Assembly: GCA_038087875.1 (NCBI GenBank)
Contig: CM075985.1
Span: 12,524,001-12,588,000 of the forward strand
Length of the DNA: 64,000 nt
Source of the DNA: Malacoraja senta
Lineage: Eukaryota
Direction of reading: 5' to 3'
Positions within the stretch are counted from its first letter, which is position 1. The number at the start of each line of letters is the position of its first letter. The notes below the pieces were generated by a model, which ran no database searches, was not told the DNA's origin, and saw nothing but the letters and a program-made list of their open reading frames with translations. A program made the position numbers and the translations under genes. Below, piece by piece: positions 12,843-25,360 of this stretch.

Positions 12843-13995
12843 CTGCAGTGTTTGGAAAGGCAAGAGATTGATATGACAGCGGCTAAATACATCGTGAATC
12901 TCCCTCTACACTCTTCCACTGAACATTGCCAGGGGAGGTAGAAAGGTAAAGCTCACCAGAGTGTTCCAGAAAGCAGGATGGCAGTGGGAGCTGAGGTCAT
13001 GGACCTGCAACATTAACTCTATTCTCTTCTCACAGATGCTGCCTGACCTGCTGAATATTTCCAGCAATTTTAATCTTTGAGTTGCAAGAAAATGTAGGGA
13101 GCTATAAGGAAATAAAAATGGTTGATTGGCTGAGTAGGGACATAGCACATGAAATACAAAGTGGGATAATGTGAAGTCCTCCATTTTGGAAGAAAAAAGT
13201 AGAAATGTTGATTTAATTTTTTTAATTGGGTGTTGAAAAGATCTGCTGTTCAGAAGTACTTGGACCAGTTTACACAAACCCTACGTGTAGGTTCAGCAAA
13301 TCAGTAGGAAGGCAAATGGTATGTTGCCCCTTTTACAAGAGGTTTAAGTGCATGAGCAAAAACCGTTCATCCTGCAATTACAAGGGCAATTTGTGAGACT
13401 TCAACTTCTCCAGATGCCTTCGTGATAATATGTTTTCAGTTAGATATAATTCTATGGCCCAAAGGATGTAAAAGTGACTGTCTCTTGCAGTCCCATATTG
13501 AGAAAGCAGGTCCTTCACTTTCCCTGTTTCTTCTGTCTGTATGTGCTGAAAGCTCCTAACATGACTAATGCTCAAAATTGTAATGTCTTCTAATGAGAAC
13601 ATACTCAATTTTCCTCACCTCTGACTTTTATATATGCTACATGATGCTCAAAACATCCTGATATTTCTTCCCTACTGACTCCCCAACATGTCTCCCCAAT
13701 TCTTGAAACTGTCCATAAAAACCCTACATCTCCAACTCTCATTCCTATATCCAACTCCCTGACCACCTTAAGTCAGTTCCTTCAGTCTATGCCTTACCCT
13801 TCCAGCACAGCATGTCAAAGTCTGATTCTCACAACTCCCCACCAGTGCTCAGCTTCACACCAATCAGGACTATTCTTGCCAACCCTAAAACCCCCATCTC
13901 ATTCCCAGGACTGAGCATGGAATGCAGAACATCTGGTCTCACCCCCCCCTCCCCCGCCCCTCCAAAAAACCCTTTCTTTTATGAAATCCACTTAC

Positions 13996-15963
13996 TTTGT
14001 AAGTCCAAATAGCTCCTCTGGTGCCGGGCTGCTTGTTCCTGAGACTCCTCCAATTCCTTCCGTAGCTGCTTAATCTGCAACCTCAACTCATCCAATTCCA
14101 ACATACAAAGCACATTGTTGCACGATTTTGGACCAGATGACCTCATGCTACATATTTCTGGTTTGCTTAATAATTGGTCGTAAGACTTATGGAAACGTGC
14201 CACCATATCACAAAGTTCTAGATTAGCTGATATCACTGTAGATACTTTAGGATCAGTTGAGTTGATCTCAGCTGTTTTGGTAACAGATAACGCATCCTCA
14301 CCTGGGTTAGGAATAGCTAACATGATCCCAGGAACCTTAGGAGCAACGAATCTAACGTCAGAATTCTTGGGAGCAGCTGACTTGATCTCGGAAGATTTGG
14401 GATCAGCTGCTTTGGTGTCAGACATGTTGAATACAGCTGCCTTGATCTCAGAAACTTCGGAAGAAGCTGGCGTGACCTTGGAAAGTTTGGGATCAGTTGT
14501 TTTGGTCTCAGATATGTTAAGTGCAGATAACTTGACGTCAGATGTCTTGGGAGCAGCTGAATTGACCTCATATTCCTGGGAAGCAACTGACTTGACTTCT
14601 GCCTCATTGGGACCATCTGATTTGATTTTGTAATCAGTCGGCATGACTGATGTTATCTTCATATCATTGGGAGCAGATAATGTGACCTCAGAAGGCTTGG
14701 GATCAGCTGCCTTGGTCACTGACCCATTAGAAGCAGTTGACTTGATCTCAGACAACTTGGTAGTGCTTGACTTGACCTCAGAAAGTTTGGAATCAGTAGA
14801 TGTGACTTCAGATGGTTTGAGATCAGTTGACTTCACTTCAACCATCATGGGGCCAGCCGACAATACCGTAGATTGGTTAGGATCTATTAACTCTATTGTA
14901 GATGGTTTGAGAGGTGTTGATCTAACCTCAGATTGTTTGAGATCACCTGACGTGACCCTAGATGGTTTGGGATCAGATAACTGAACTTCTGTTTGTCTGA
15001 GATCAACTGGTTTCACCATGGATGGTTTGAAATTTGTTGGGTTAAATTCAGGCACAGACGAATCAGTTGATTTGACCTCAGCTGGGATGAGATCAGCAGA
15101 CTTGAATTCAGGCATTTTAAGATCAATTGACTTGACGTTGTATGGTTTGGAATGTGTTGATTCAATTTCCACTAATCTAGAATCAGCTGACTTAACTTCT
15201 GACTGTTTAGCATCAATTGCTTTGACCTCAGATGATGTAGAATGAGTTGTCTTGATTTCAGATGGTTTGGAATCTGCTAATTTGACTTCTGATACTTCAG
15301 AATCAATCATCTTGGCATCAAATGGTTTGGGATAAACTGTTTTGATCTCGGGTGGTTTGGAATCTGCTAATTTGACCTCTGACACCTTAGGATCAATTGT
15401 CTTCATCTCAGATGGCTTGTGTTCAGCTAATTTGACCTCTATCACTTTGGGATCAATTGTCTTGATATCAGATGATTTAGAACAAGTTGACTCATTCTCA
15501 GATGGTTTGAAATCAATTAACATGATCTCTGAGGCATTAGAATCAACTGCCTTGATGTCGGGTGATTTAGGGCATGTTGAATTGATTTCAGATAGTTTGG
15601 GATTATCTGACTTGATCTCTGCTATTTTAGGATCAATTTTCTTAACCTCACATGGATTGGAATATGTTGACTTGACCTCAGAAGATGTGTGAACAATTGA
15701 CCTGACCTCAGATGTCTCAGAATTAGTTGACATGACCATGGTTGGTGTGGGATCAGGTAATTTGACATCAGTTGACTTGGAATCAGGTGAACTGATCTCA
15801 GGAGCCTTGAGATTCATTGAATTTACCTCCAATATTTTGAATGCTTCTGATTTCACCTCACAGATTGGAATATCAGGTGACTTCATATGTGACTCTGGAT
15901 CTCCTGAAGATGAGACATTTGTTGTTGATTCATTTGCCTTGTTGTCTGCAGACAGCACATCAC
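13996..15963 (-). CDS. CCDC136: Giant 1968-nt exon: about 55 decapeptide repeats followed by the start of the CCDC136 coiled coil
   Basis: Within ORF 13979..16105. Acceptor tttatttttgttttacatag, donor CAAA|gtaagt, phase 1-1. The C-terminal ELDELRLQIKQLRKELEESQEQAARHQRSYLDLQ matches CCDC136 [34 protein letters not shown] (recalled). Confidence 0.85.
14210..15859 (-). repeat. Coding 30-nt degenerate tandem repeat (consensus about EVKSxDPKxS), about 55 units
   Basis: Residues 83-632 of the ORF divide into exact 10-aa blocks with E/D1, V/I2, K3, D6, K8, S10 periodicity. Confidence 0.92.
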
Positions 15964-16518
15964 CTATGTAAAACAAAAATAAACCCAATGTAGACAACAC
16001 GATCAAAGGAGATACAGCGCCAGAAGCCGATTCAATAGAATCTCTAAAGTGTTTGCCCTTGTGTGTCAGTGTGCTCAGTGTTGCCCCTGCCTGAGTGGAG
16101 AGCACAGGACCAGATTCTCACTGCACAATGAGCACAGAGCCTATCTCTTCTACATAGTGTGCCACAAGCCCAGAGTCAACCCAGTTCTGGTCACCATGAC
16201 CTGACCACCCATCATTCAATAGACCATGTTCCATGCCATTTGTCACTCACTCGCCAATGTCCTGACAGTGAGTTCCTCCTGGACAATGTGTCAAAGTCCG
16301 CATTTCTCAGCATGTCATGTCCAGAGCCCCTTCTCTCACTGGTCTGTGCTCCAATGCTGTTGTTTACACAACTGAGGCCAGTATCAACCCTGATTGGACG
16401 GCATGCCCAGAGCACATATCTCATGGGACATGCACTGAATTTATTCACCGTGCAAAAAGCCTAATTGCCACTGGACTGTGTGCCCAGAACCACCCCTCAA
16501 TAGATAATTTCTCTCTAG

Positions 16519-16666
16519 GGTAGCACAGTGGCAGAGTTGCTGCCTTAGAGCACCAGAGACCCAGGTTCGATCTTGACCTTGGGCACCGTCTGTATGGAGT
16601 TTGTACGTTTCCTTTGGATGCTCCAGTTTCCTCCCACATTCCTAAGACATACAGCTTTATAGGTTA
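16519..16666 (+). mobile_element. HE1-like V-SINE 5' half
   Basis: tRNA-like head and V-domain ctccagtttcctcccaca. Confidence 0.8.
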
Positions 16667-16668
16667 AA

Positions 16669-16872
16669 TGTGTAGAAAGGAACCGCAGATGCTGGCGTAT
16701 ACCAGAGATAGACACAAAATGCTGGAATAACTCAGCGGGTCAGGCAGCAACTCTCTAGAAAAGGAATAGGTGTCGTTTTGGGTGGAAACGCGGGTGTGAA
16801 GATGGGTTCTGACCTGAAACATCACCTATTCCTTTTCTCCAGAAATGCTGCCTGACCCGCTGAGTAATTCCA
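16669..16872. mobile_element. Palindromic Penelope-derived element
   Basis: Imperfect inverted arms (ctcagcgggtcaggcagca / tgctgcctgacccgctgag). Confidence 0.8.
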
Positions 16873-17593
16873 AAATCCTTTTGTAAGAAAGGCCAACATA
16901 TGAATTGTCCTCCATATGGTTGCTGCACCTAGATGTTAGCCTTCAGTGACCTTTGCACAAACACACGTAGGTCCCCAATTTCTCACTTTTAACACTGTTT
17001 TTCAGTTATGTACATCTCAATGGATAGTGTCATTTTTTCCCCACATTATTGTTCATGTCACATTCTCCCACCTTTATTCAGTTTGTCCATAACCTCTTAA
17101 ACCCTCATTCCATCCTCCTCCATACTTATAATCTCACAAGCTTGAGCATCATGAGCAATGACGTTTCATACCCTCAGGAAAATTATTGGTATAGATTGTG
17201 AATAGCTGAGGTTCAATTAGATTTAGCAATTTTCATAACCTGAGAAGCATCTATTGATTCCTTGCGTTCTGCCTAACAATCAATCTATGTAGTGTATTAC
17301 TATAATGTATTCCATCACACTCCGAATTTTTAGATGATGGAAAAGTCTTTGGGTGTCTTGAGGCGAGCCACAAACCGCAGGTGATTCAGCCTTTGATCTG
17401 CTCCTAAATTCATGTATTTATGTGCTTGCACCAGTTGAGCTTCTGGTACTTGGTGACTCCCAGGATGCTGATAGTGAGAATGGCTGGATAGCAGTGTTCG
17501 TTGCATTCCTGTACTATACTATCTACCATCAGGAGACACCTCAAACCAGTAGAGAGAGATAACACCAATCCTGTCTCTGCAGAATAAGCTCAC

Positions 17594-17653
17594 CAATATT
17601 AGCATCCTCTCTGAGCCCACCATAGCTGGCATCAAGGCTCTTCACTGAGCCAG
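17594..17653 (-). CDS. CCDC136: 60-nt exon (AGSVKSLDASYGGLREDANI)
   Basis: Acceptor ctctactttgcag, donor G|gtgagc, phase 1-1. GSVKSL resembles human CCDC136 GGSVGSL (recalled). Confidence 0.75.
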
Positions 17654-18127
17654 CTGCAAAGTAGAGCCATATTATTTGCCTAACTCCCAAATCAGGTGCA
17701 CAATTGCAAGTTCCATCACAATAAGAAATGACTAAAAGAGCAAATAAAGGAGCATCCTCACTGATTTATCAGAATTGAAATAAAATAGCATCCTCATTGG
17801 CTGGTGTCTCAAATGTGTGATTATCATTCATCTTTGCTGGTTAGTCTATTTTTCTCTTGTTCAATCATTGGCCAGTTCTTAGTGTTGTTACGTTGCCACA
17901 TGATCCTCTGTCTGGATACCACACTATGCCGCTGCAATGTTCTCATTCCAGCCTGGTTTCCAAACACTGCAGGGCAGAGGGTCCATTGTGGCACAGATAT
18001 GTACCTACACAGGATGAACCTGTCAAATGGCATACCATGAAAATCTGTTTTTCAGCTGTACGACTATCATCTATGTACAGAGAATCATGTGAGAGAGAGG
18101 AATATATAGAAAAATGCGTACTACAAA

Positions 18128-18128
<1 letters not shown>

Positions 18129-18163
<35 letters not shown>
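18129..18163 (+). repeat. (GA)n microsatellite
   Basis: Seen directly. Confidence 0.95.
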
Positions 18164-18166
<3 letters not shown>

Positions 18167-18829
18167 GGGAGTGTGCAGCTCCTTGGTGGTGCTATTTGAA
18201 GCGAGTATGTGCAATGTTGATCCTGTTCCACATCCTTCAAAGATGAGGCATGACATACGAATATAATTTAACAACCCCTGTCACGGTGTGATCCACACAA
18301 GGCTGCTGCCTGGCACTGTAGTATCAGTTATAACAGCCGCCTGTATTTCCAACATGCAGTAAGATGTGGCAGTGAGGTTTCATATATAATATCGTGGTTA
18401 AACATTTGCTTTCAGTTTAGAAATCTTGCAGCAATAGCTCAAATGGAGTCAGGGTGATTGGTGCAGCAGTGAGTTTCAGGATGGTGGAGAGTGTGCCAGA
18501 GGTTATGATGGTGAACAACTGAAGAGAGTGTGACACCAGGTGCGAGTATTTTTCCATTCTGCACTTGTTGGGCGAGAAGGCAATTGCACATTTGAGACAG
18601 TAGCAGTTGCTGAGAGATTCGAAAGGGAGAAGACTGTGAGAATGAAAGAAATGGTTGAGCAGTTGATATTGCCCAAGAAATATCTCCTTCTTCCAAAAGA
18701 AGGCCTATGGGGTTGAGCATCAGCTTCTACCACTCAGTCACCGTGTTATGCAGTGGCAGATGAGGCCAATGTGGAATCTGCAGATTCTCCTTCAGCTAAG
18801 CAATGCATTTCTAACTGGGTTTAAGCAAA

Positions 18830-19640
18830 AACTATTAAATATAGGGGTCATAACTAAATATAGGGGTCATAATTAAGAAGTTTACTAATTATACCAAATT
18901 TGTCATTGTGATCGATAGGTGGGAAGAAACTTACTTGACTAGTAGGCATCACTGGAATGGTTGGGAATTCACAGAAATAGCAAACAAAATTCATTTCCGA
19001 GAAGTGTGAGAAAGTATTTGTAAATGGCAACAAAGGAAAGGAATGCATGATAAATGGTAAGATACTAACAAGTGCGGAGAAACAGAGGTATTTTGAAGTT
19101 CATGTCCACAAATGAACTTTGTGAATTTGTTACACAAAGATATGAGTCAATAGATAATAATCAAGGCTTGTGGAATACATGCTTTTATTAGCTGAGACAG
19201 AGAATAACAAGCAGAACTGTTAGAACTGTGTAAATAAAATCAGTTTGGCCATGGCCAGACTAGACTCTATAGTTCTGGTCATGATGAGAAAGAACATAAT
19301 TCCATTAGAGAGCTGTGGAGGAGATTCATGAGGCTATTTCTAGGGCTCATGAACTACAGCAATGAGAAAATATTATATTGGCTGGGAATGTTTTCTTTGG
19401 AACAAAGATGACTAAGGAGAAATGATGAGTTTGAATTGTATAAAATTATGAGGCCCAGACAGTAAACAAATAGAACCTACTTCCATCAGCAGAGGGGGTC
19501 AGAGACTCTCACTATATTTTAAAAATCCGGGATGAGCACTTAAAGATCAGTAACTGAAAGGTCACATCAAATTCTCAGATGTGTGATTCCAAAAGGTCAA
19601 TTTTTGACCAGCAGCAGTTTGTCTGGCCTCCTTCTGCGCT
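18830..19640 (+). mobile_element. Old, decayed CR1
   Basis: Degenerate similarity to the CR1 RT C-terminal region. Confidence 0.6.
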
Positions 19641-19773
19641 GTCATTTTATATGATTCTGGCTTTTCAGAGCACACACTCATCAAATACGACCTGTAATAT
19701 GGCTCATGTCTGCAATCTCACACACACCAAGACCACCAACATTCTTCTGTCAGTAGCCCAGCATCCTCTCAGT

Positions 19774-19788
19774 GGCGCCCCCTGATGG
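19774..19788 (-). promoter_or_regulatory. CTCF-like motif CCATCAGGGGGCGCC
   Basis: One mismatch to the CCAGCAGGGGGCGC core. Confidence 0.55.
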
Positions 19789-19849
19789 TGGAGTGTCCCC
19801 AGTGCAGCAACTGGGAAAGCAGCTGTTCCTCAGTTCCACGCCCTGACAA

Positions 19850-20110
19850 CTTAGTACTTCCCCTCACACCGATGCACTGCAATGCAGTGCGAGTCGGGTC
19901 TCTGACAGTGCTGCAGTCCCTATATCCTGCCCGTTAAACAGTGGAGCACTCCCTCAGGGCTACTCCTCTGACAGTGTGGTGTTCCCTCTATACTCCTGTC
20001 TGTGTCATCTTCCCTCAGTGTTGTTCTTCCGACAATGCACTCTGGGCATACACTCAGATTGGGAGTTCAAACCTTCAGAACCTAGAACCTTCTAACTCCG
20101 AGGTGAACAA
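19850..20110. repeat. Degenerate 33-bp tandem repeat within a Deu-domain SINE-like remnant
   Basis: Repeating tctgacagtg..gcactccctcag units followed by gaaccttctaactccgagg, like reverse SacSINE1/AmnSINE-type sequence (recalled). Confidence 0.5.
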
Positions 20111-20789
20111 CAGGAGACCCAGGACTATTGGCAGCATCAACCAAGACTTGCTGTCTCAGCTAATGTGCGACAGGCTGCTTGTGCCATCTAGTAGGTCACC
20201 TCTAGTAAAGTCCTTGGAGAGAACTTTCACTGGGGCTTCAGCACAACAGTGTTTTGTTTATTCAGGCCATCCCCGAGTTAAAACAACCTTAAATTATAGA
20301 TACTCCTGCATACTAACAAGTTCCCATTATATTATTACATTCAAAAGTCCACCATACATGCATACATTGTTCCTACAAATAGCAGAACTGCTTCTCTTTC
20401 TCTCTCTCTCTCTCTCTCCGCTTTTAGTAATTGTGCTTTCTAATCAGCCGTATGTGCTTTTGATGACATTCACCACAATAATAATGGTGACCAATATAAT
20501 AATAATACATTTTATTTATTTATTTATTTATTTTTTGGTGACCATATGGTGACCATAACAAATCATTCTAGTGCATTTCCAATTTATGGACAAAATTGAT
20601 ATAAATTGATGTCTGTAAACACAGAACCCATTTGTTATCTGGACCTGGCCTGTATTTTTAATCTCAGAATGTTTCTGATCATTTAATTTTCCTTTCTCAG
20701 ATTCTTGCACTAAGGGACATTTTGGCTACTCCTCTGGGCAGTTACGAAGCCAGCCATGTACGGGACTGCAGTAATGTTTCCTCTGTCCA

Positions 20790-23345
20790 GATATTAGTAG
20801 TAAGCACAAGGTAGTGATTGTGGGAGATTTCAATTTTCCACACATAAACTGGGAAACACATTCTGTAAAAGGGCTGGATGGTTTGGAGTTTGTAAAATGT
20901 GTGCAAGATAGTTTTTTGCAGCAATACATAGAGGTACCTACTAGAGAAGGGGCAGTGCTGGACCTCCTGTTAAGAAATGAGACAGGGCAGGTGGCGGAGG
21001 TATGCGTCGGGGAGCACTTCGGGTCCAGTGATCACAATACCATTAGTTTCAATATAATTATGGAGAGGGTCAGAACTGGACCTAGGGTTGAGATTTTTGT
21101 TAGGAGAAAGGCTAACTTTGAGGAGATGCGAAAGGATTTAAAAGGAGTGAATTGGGACATGTTGTTTTATGGGAAGGATGTAGAAGAAAAATAGAGGACA
21201 TTTAAGGGTGAAATTGTAAGAGTACAGAATCTTTATGTCCCTGTTCGGTTGAAAGGAAATAGTAAAAAATGGAAAGAGCCATGGTTTTCAAGGGAAATTG
21301 GACACTTGGTTCGGAAAAAGAGAGAGATCTACAATAATTATAGGCAGCATGGAGTAAATGAGGTGCTTGAGGAGTATAAAGAATGTAAAAAGAATATTAA
21401 GAAAGAAATTAGAAAAGCTAAAAGAAGATATGAGGTTGCTTTGGCAAGTAAGGTGAAAGTAAATCCAAAGGGTTTCTACAGCTATATTAATAGCAAAAGG
21501 ATAACAAGGAATAAAATTGGTCCATTAGAGAGTCAGAGTGGACAGCTATCTGCAGAGCCAAAAGAGATGGGGGAGATATTGAACAATTTCTTTTCTTCGG
21601 TATTCACGAAGGAGAAGGATATGGAATTATGTGAGATAAGGGAAACAAGCAGAGTAGCAATGGAAACTGTGAGATTCAAAGAAGAGGTGCGGACACTTTT
21701 GAAAAATATGAAAACGGATAAGTCTCCAGGTCCTGACAGGATATTCCCTAGGACATTGAGGGAAGTTAGTGTAGAAATAGCAGGGGCTATGACAGAAATA
21801 TTCCAAATGTCATTAGAAACGGGAATAGTGCCGGAGGATTGGCGTACTGCGCATGTTGTTCCGTTGTTTAAAAAGGGTTCGAAGAGTAAACCTAGCAATT
21901 ATAGACCTGTTAGTTTGACATCAGTAGTGGGCAAATTAATGGAAAGGATACTTAAAGATAATATATATAAGCATCTGGATAAGCAGGGTCTGATTAGGAA
22001 CAGTCAACATGGATTTGTGCCTGGAAGGTCATGCTTGACTAATCTTCTTGAATTTTTCGAAGAGGTTACTAGGGAAATTGATGAGGGTAAAGCAGTGGAT
22101 GTTGTCTATATGGACTTCAGTAAGGCCTTTGACAAGGTTCCTCATGGAAGGTTGGTTAAGAAGATTCAATTGTTGGGTATTAATGGTGGAGTAGCAAGAT
22201 GGATTCAACAGTGGCTGAATGGGAGATGCCAGAGAGTAATGGTGGATGGCTGTTTGTCAGGTTGGAGGCCGGTGACTAGTGGGGTGCCTCAGGGGTCTGT
22301 GTTGGGTCCACTGTTGTTTGTCATGTACATCAATGATCTGGATGATGGTGTGGAAAATTGGATTAGTAAGTATGCAGATGATACTAAAATAGGTGGTGTT
22401 GTGGATAATGAAGTAGATTTTCAAAGTCTACAGAGAGATTTAGGCCATTTGGAAGAGTGGCTGAAAGATGGCAGATGGAGTTTAACGCTGACAAATGTGA
22501 GGTGCTACATCTCGGCAGGACAAATCAAAATAGGACGTACACGGTAAATGGTAGCGAATTGAGGAATGCAGTTGAACAGAGGGATCTAGGAATAACTGTG
22601 CATAGTTCCCTGAAGGTGGAATCTCATGTAGATAAGGTGGTAAAGAAAGCTTTTGGTGTGCTGGCCTTTATAAATCAGAGCATTGAATATAGAAGTTGGG
22701 ATGTAATGTTAAAATTGTACAAGGCATTGGTTAGGCCAATTCTGGAGTATGGAGTACAATTTTGGTCGCCTAATTATAGGAAGGATGTCAACAAAATAGA
22801 GAGAGTGCAGAGGAGATTTACTAGAATGTTGCCTGGGTTTCAGCAACTAAGTTACAGAGAAAGGTTGAACAAGTTAGGTCTTTATTCTTTGGAGCGCAGA
22901 AGGTTAAGAGGGGACTTGATAGAGGTCTTTAAAATTATGAGCGGGTTAGACAGAGTGGACGTGGATAAGCTTTTCCCATTGAGAGTAGGGAAGATTCAAA
23001 CAAGGGGACATGACTTGAGAATTAAGGGACAGAAGTTTAGGGGGAACATTAGGGGGAACTTCTTTACTCAGAGAGTGGTAGCCGTGTGGAATGAGCTTCC
23101 AGTGGAAGTGGTGGAGGCAGGTTCGATGTTATCCTTTAAAAATAGATTGGATGGGTATATGGACGGGAAAGGAATGGAGGGTTATGGTCTGAGTGCAGGT
23201 AGATGGGACTAGGGGGAAGTATTTATTTTTAATTAAAAAAAATAAAAAATAAAAAATAAAAAACTTAAAATGTTCGGCACGGCCTTGAAGGGCCGAGATG
23301 GCCTGTTTCCGTGCTGTTATGGTTATATGGTTATATTATATGGTC
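20790..23345 (+). mobile_element. CR1 LINE (distinct subfamily), 5'-truncated within the endonuclease, stop and frameshift disrupted
   Basis: ORFs 20814..21194 (GDFN, SDH), 21249..22547 (YRPVSLTS, QHGF, KYADDTK) and 22457..23212. Tail (ggttat)n. Confidence 0.95.
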
Positions 23346-23706
23346 CAGGGACTCTTAGTGGTACAGTATTGAGGATGTTTTTCTTTGTATGTAACTTTTG
23401 CTGCATCCAAACCAGCAGTATTTTTGATGGGATTTTGTACAGGGACTTTTACTCTGCCCTGGTACTAATCAATGTCCTTACTGTGGTATGGGATTCGTCA
23501 GTTCCTTTTTGACCCTGTATAAATAAAGCGGCAGAGTTTTTTTGGTTCCTTCAGTTATTTATGTGGATCAGATTGCAGCCAATATAACAGCGGGTGAGGA
23601 AGAGAGTATCTGCCCTCTCAGTCTAAAGTTTGATATACTGTAGCCTTTCTGGCATTACAGTCACTGATCCAAGATTCCAGTGGGCTTAATCCAGAGAGCA
23701 GGCCAT

Positions 23707-23721
23707 GGCGCCACCTGGTGT
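23707..23721 (-). promoter_or_regulatory. CTCF-like motif ACACCAGGTGGCGCC
   Basis: One mismatch to CCACCAGGTGGCGC. Confidence 0.45.
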
Positions 23722-24654
23722 AACACTGAGGAAGAGCAGCGGCGTTTTGCCAACCCAGGACTGATAGTGGAAACAGGAATAGGCAAGCACTTATGGCAAA
23801 GATATATTATTTTTCCTTCATATCGTTCCATGAACTTTCATCAGAATTACAAGGTCTGTGTACTTTGCATTGAGAATTGATATACAGCAAACCATTTGAC
23901 CTACATTACAGTAGATCTTTGCTACAATAACCATAAACTAACTCACTGTTCCATTCTCTCTCTATGATCCTGTACAAAGTTAAATCTAATCTATTGCTCC
24001 ATTCACACTCCACTTCTGACTCTTCCTCAGTTGCAACAGTCTTCTAATTTTCCTTTCAAAAATACAAAGATCTCTCCATCAGACATTCCCTGTGTGAATC
24101 ATTCCATGTTGCAATGGTAGAATATAGAAAATCCATATCTCCTAACCTCATGACTCACACTTACAGTGACTGATGAACCCTCAACACTTAACTTTTTCCA
24201 GCCATGGGAAACAATTTATCTGAGGAACCAGTCCATCAATATTATAAATTTGAAAACCTTCATTAAATCTCTCCTGCAATTCTATATTCCATTGCCAAGA
24301 TTAAGAATGTCTGCAGAAACTCCCAACAACTCTGAGTTTCCATTCCTAAAATAATTGACGTAAACCTTCTGCTGACAAAAACCCTTTGGGCCTTTTTAGT
24401 ATAAGAAAGCAAAAATGAACACTGCCTCTGTCTGTCAAATAAAGGATGATTCATAGATCACTAGCCTCTACCCATTCAATACCAATCTGCAGTTAGAACA
24501 AGTATGTGTGCTCTTGTCCTGCAGATATATATTGCTGCAAGGAATGGAATAATTCTCTTCCTCACCGACCTCATCTCCAAGAGGACACTAGTGTGAATAT
24601 TGTCGGTGAGCACTCTATTGCATGACTCAACACAGTAACTAAACACAGACTCAC

Positions 24655-24714
24655 CACTCATATCTCGGACAATCGCTTGTTGTCGCAGCACCTTCACCTC
24701 TGGGGGACCCCTCT
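24655..24714 (-). CDS. CCDC136: 60-nt exon (ERGPPEVKVLRQQAIVRDMS)
   Basis: Acceptor tcttcaatattttttag, donor G|gtgagt, phase 1-1. Confidence 0.78.
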
Positions 24715-24839
24715 CTAAAAAATATTGAAGATAAATATGGATTATTGCCAATGTACAGGAGGTAAACAAAGGTAGATTTTCTTTTGGCCAAATGCAATAA
24801 TGGAAAGCCTGTCAAGGATAGAACTGATCTAGAATCTCC

Positions 24840-25230
24840 AGGAAGAATATCGAAAGTCAGAACCTTCAGAGGAAGATGCAGGGGGCAGAAGAGTCAATGG
24901 CTTCTAGGAAGAATATAGAGAGTCAACATGATGGAGGGGAGAGTGAGTCAGCACCAATGAGGGAGGGGAGAGAGAGTCAGCACTTTGAAGGAAGGGAAGG
25001 GGCACATGGGAAGGGGGAAAAGAGTCAGCATTAGGGAAGGGGTGAGAGAGTCAGCACTGAGGGAAGGGAGAGAGCACCTTATGGGTGGGGAGGGGGGGGC
25101 GGAAGGGTTAGCATCTTCAGGGAAAGGAGATGGAGTCGGCACTTTTCAGGAGGTAGGGGGAGATAAAATCTGCAGTTTCACAGGAGGGGAAGAGAGTCAA
25201 CTTCGAAGGAGGGGATGAATGGAGAGTTGA
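24840..25230 (+). repeat. Degenerate purine-rich minisatellite (gagagtcagcact..gggaagggg)
   Basis: About 10 diverged units of 25-30 bp in the intron between the duplicated exons. Confidence 0.7.
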
Positions 25231-25300
25231 ATGCACAACTGCAGTAACTGTGGGGTTTTAATTGTAAAGCAGTATTGTGCTGAAATGGATGTACTGTTAC

Positions 25301-25360
25301 CGCTCATGTCTCTGATCATAGCTTGTTTACGGAGAATCTTCGATTCCTGGAGTCTTTTTT
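25301..25360 (-). CDS. CCDC136: 60-nt exon (EKRLQESKILRKQAMIRDMS)
   Basis: Acceptor tttgtctgttacag, donor G|gtaaca, phase 1-1. Paralogous to the next 60-nt exon. Confidence 0.75.

Noticed and set aside
14262-15971. Plus-strand ORFs (14262, 14643, 15018, 15342, 15732) with a 10-aa periodicity
   Set aside because: Antisense shadows of the minus-strand coding repeat, broken by stops and without splice support.
15964-16105. Hydrophobic N-terminus of the 708-aa ORF suggesting a standalone membrane or secreted protein
   Set aside because: It is read-through of the polypyrimidine tract. The acceptor at 15963 joins the upstream exon in phase.
19941-20552. 203-aa plus-strand ORF
   Set aside because: Runs through SINE remnant and microsatellites with no coding signature.
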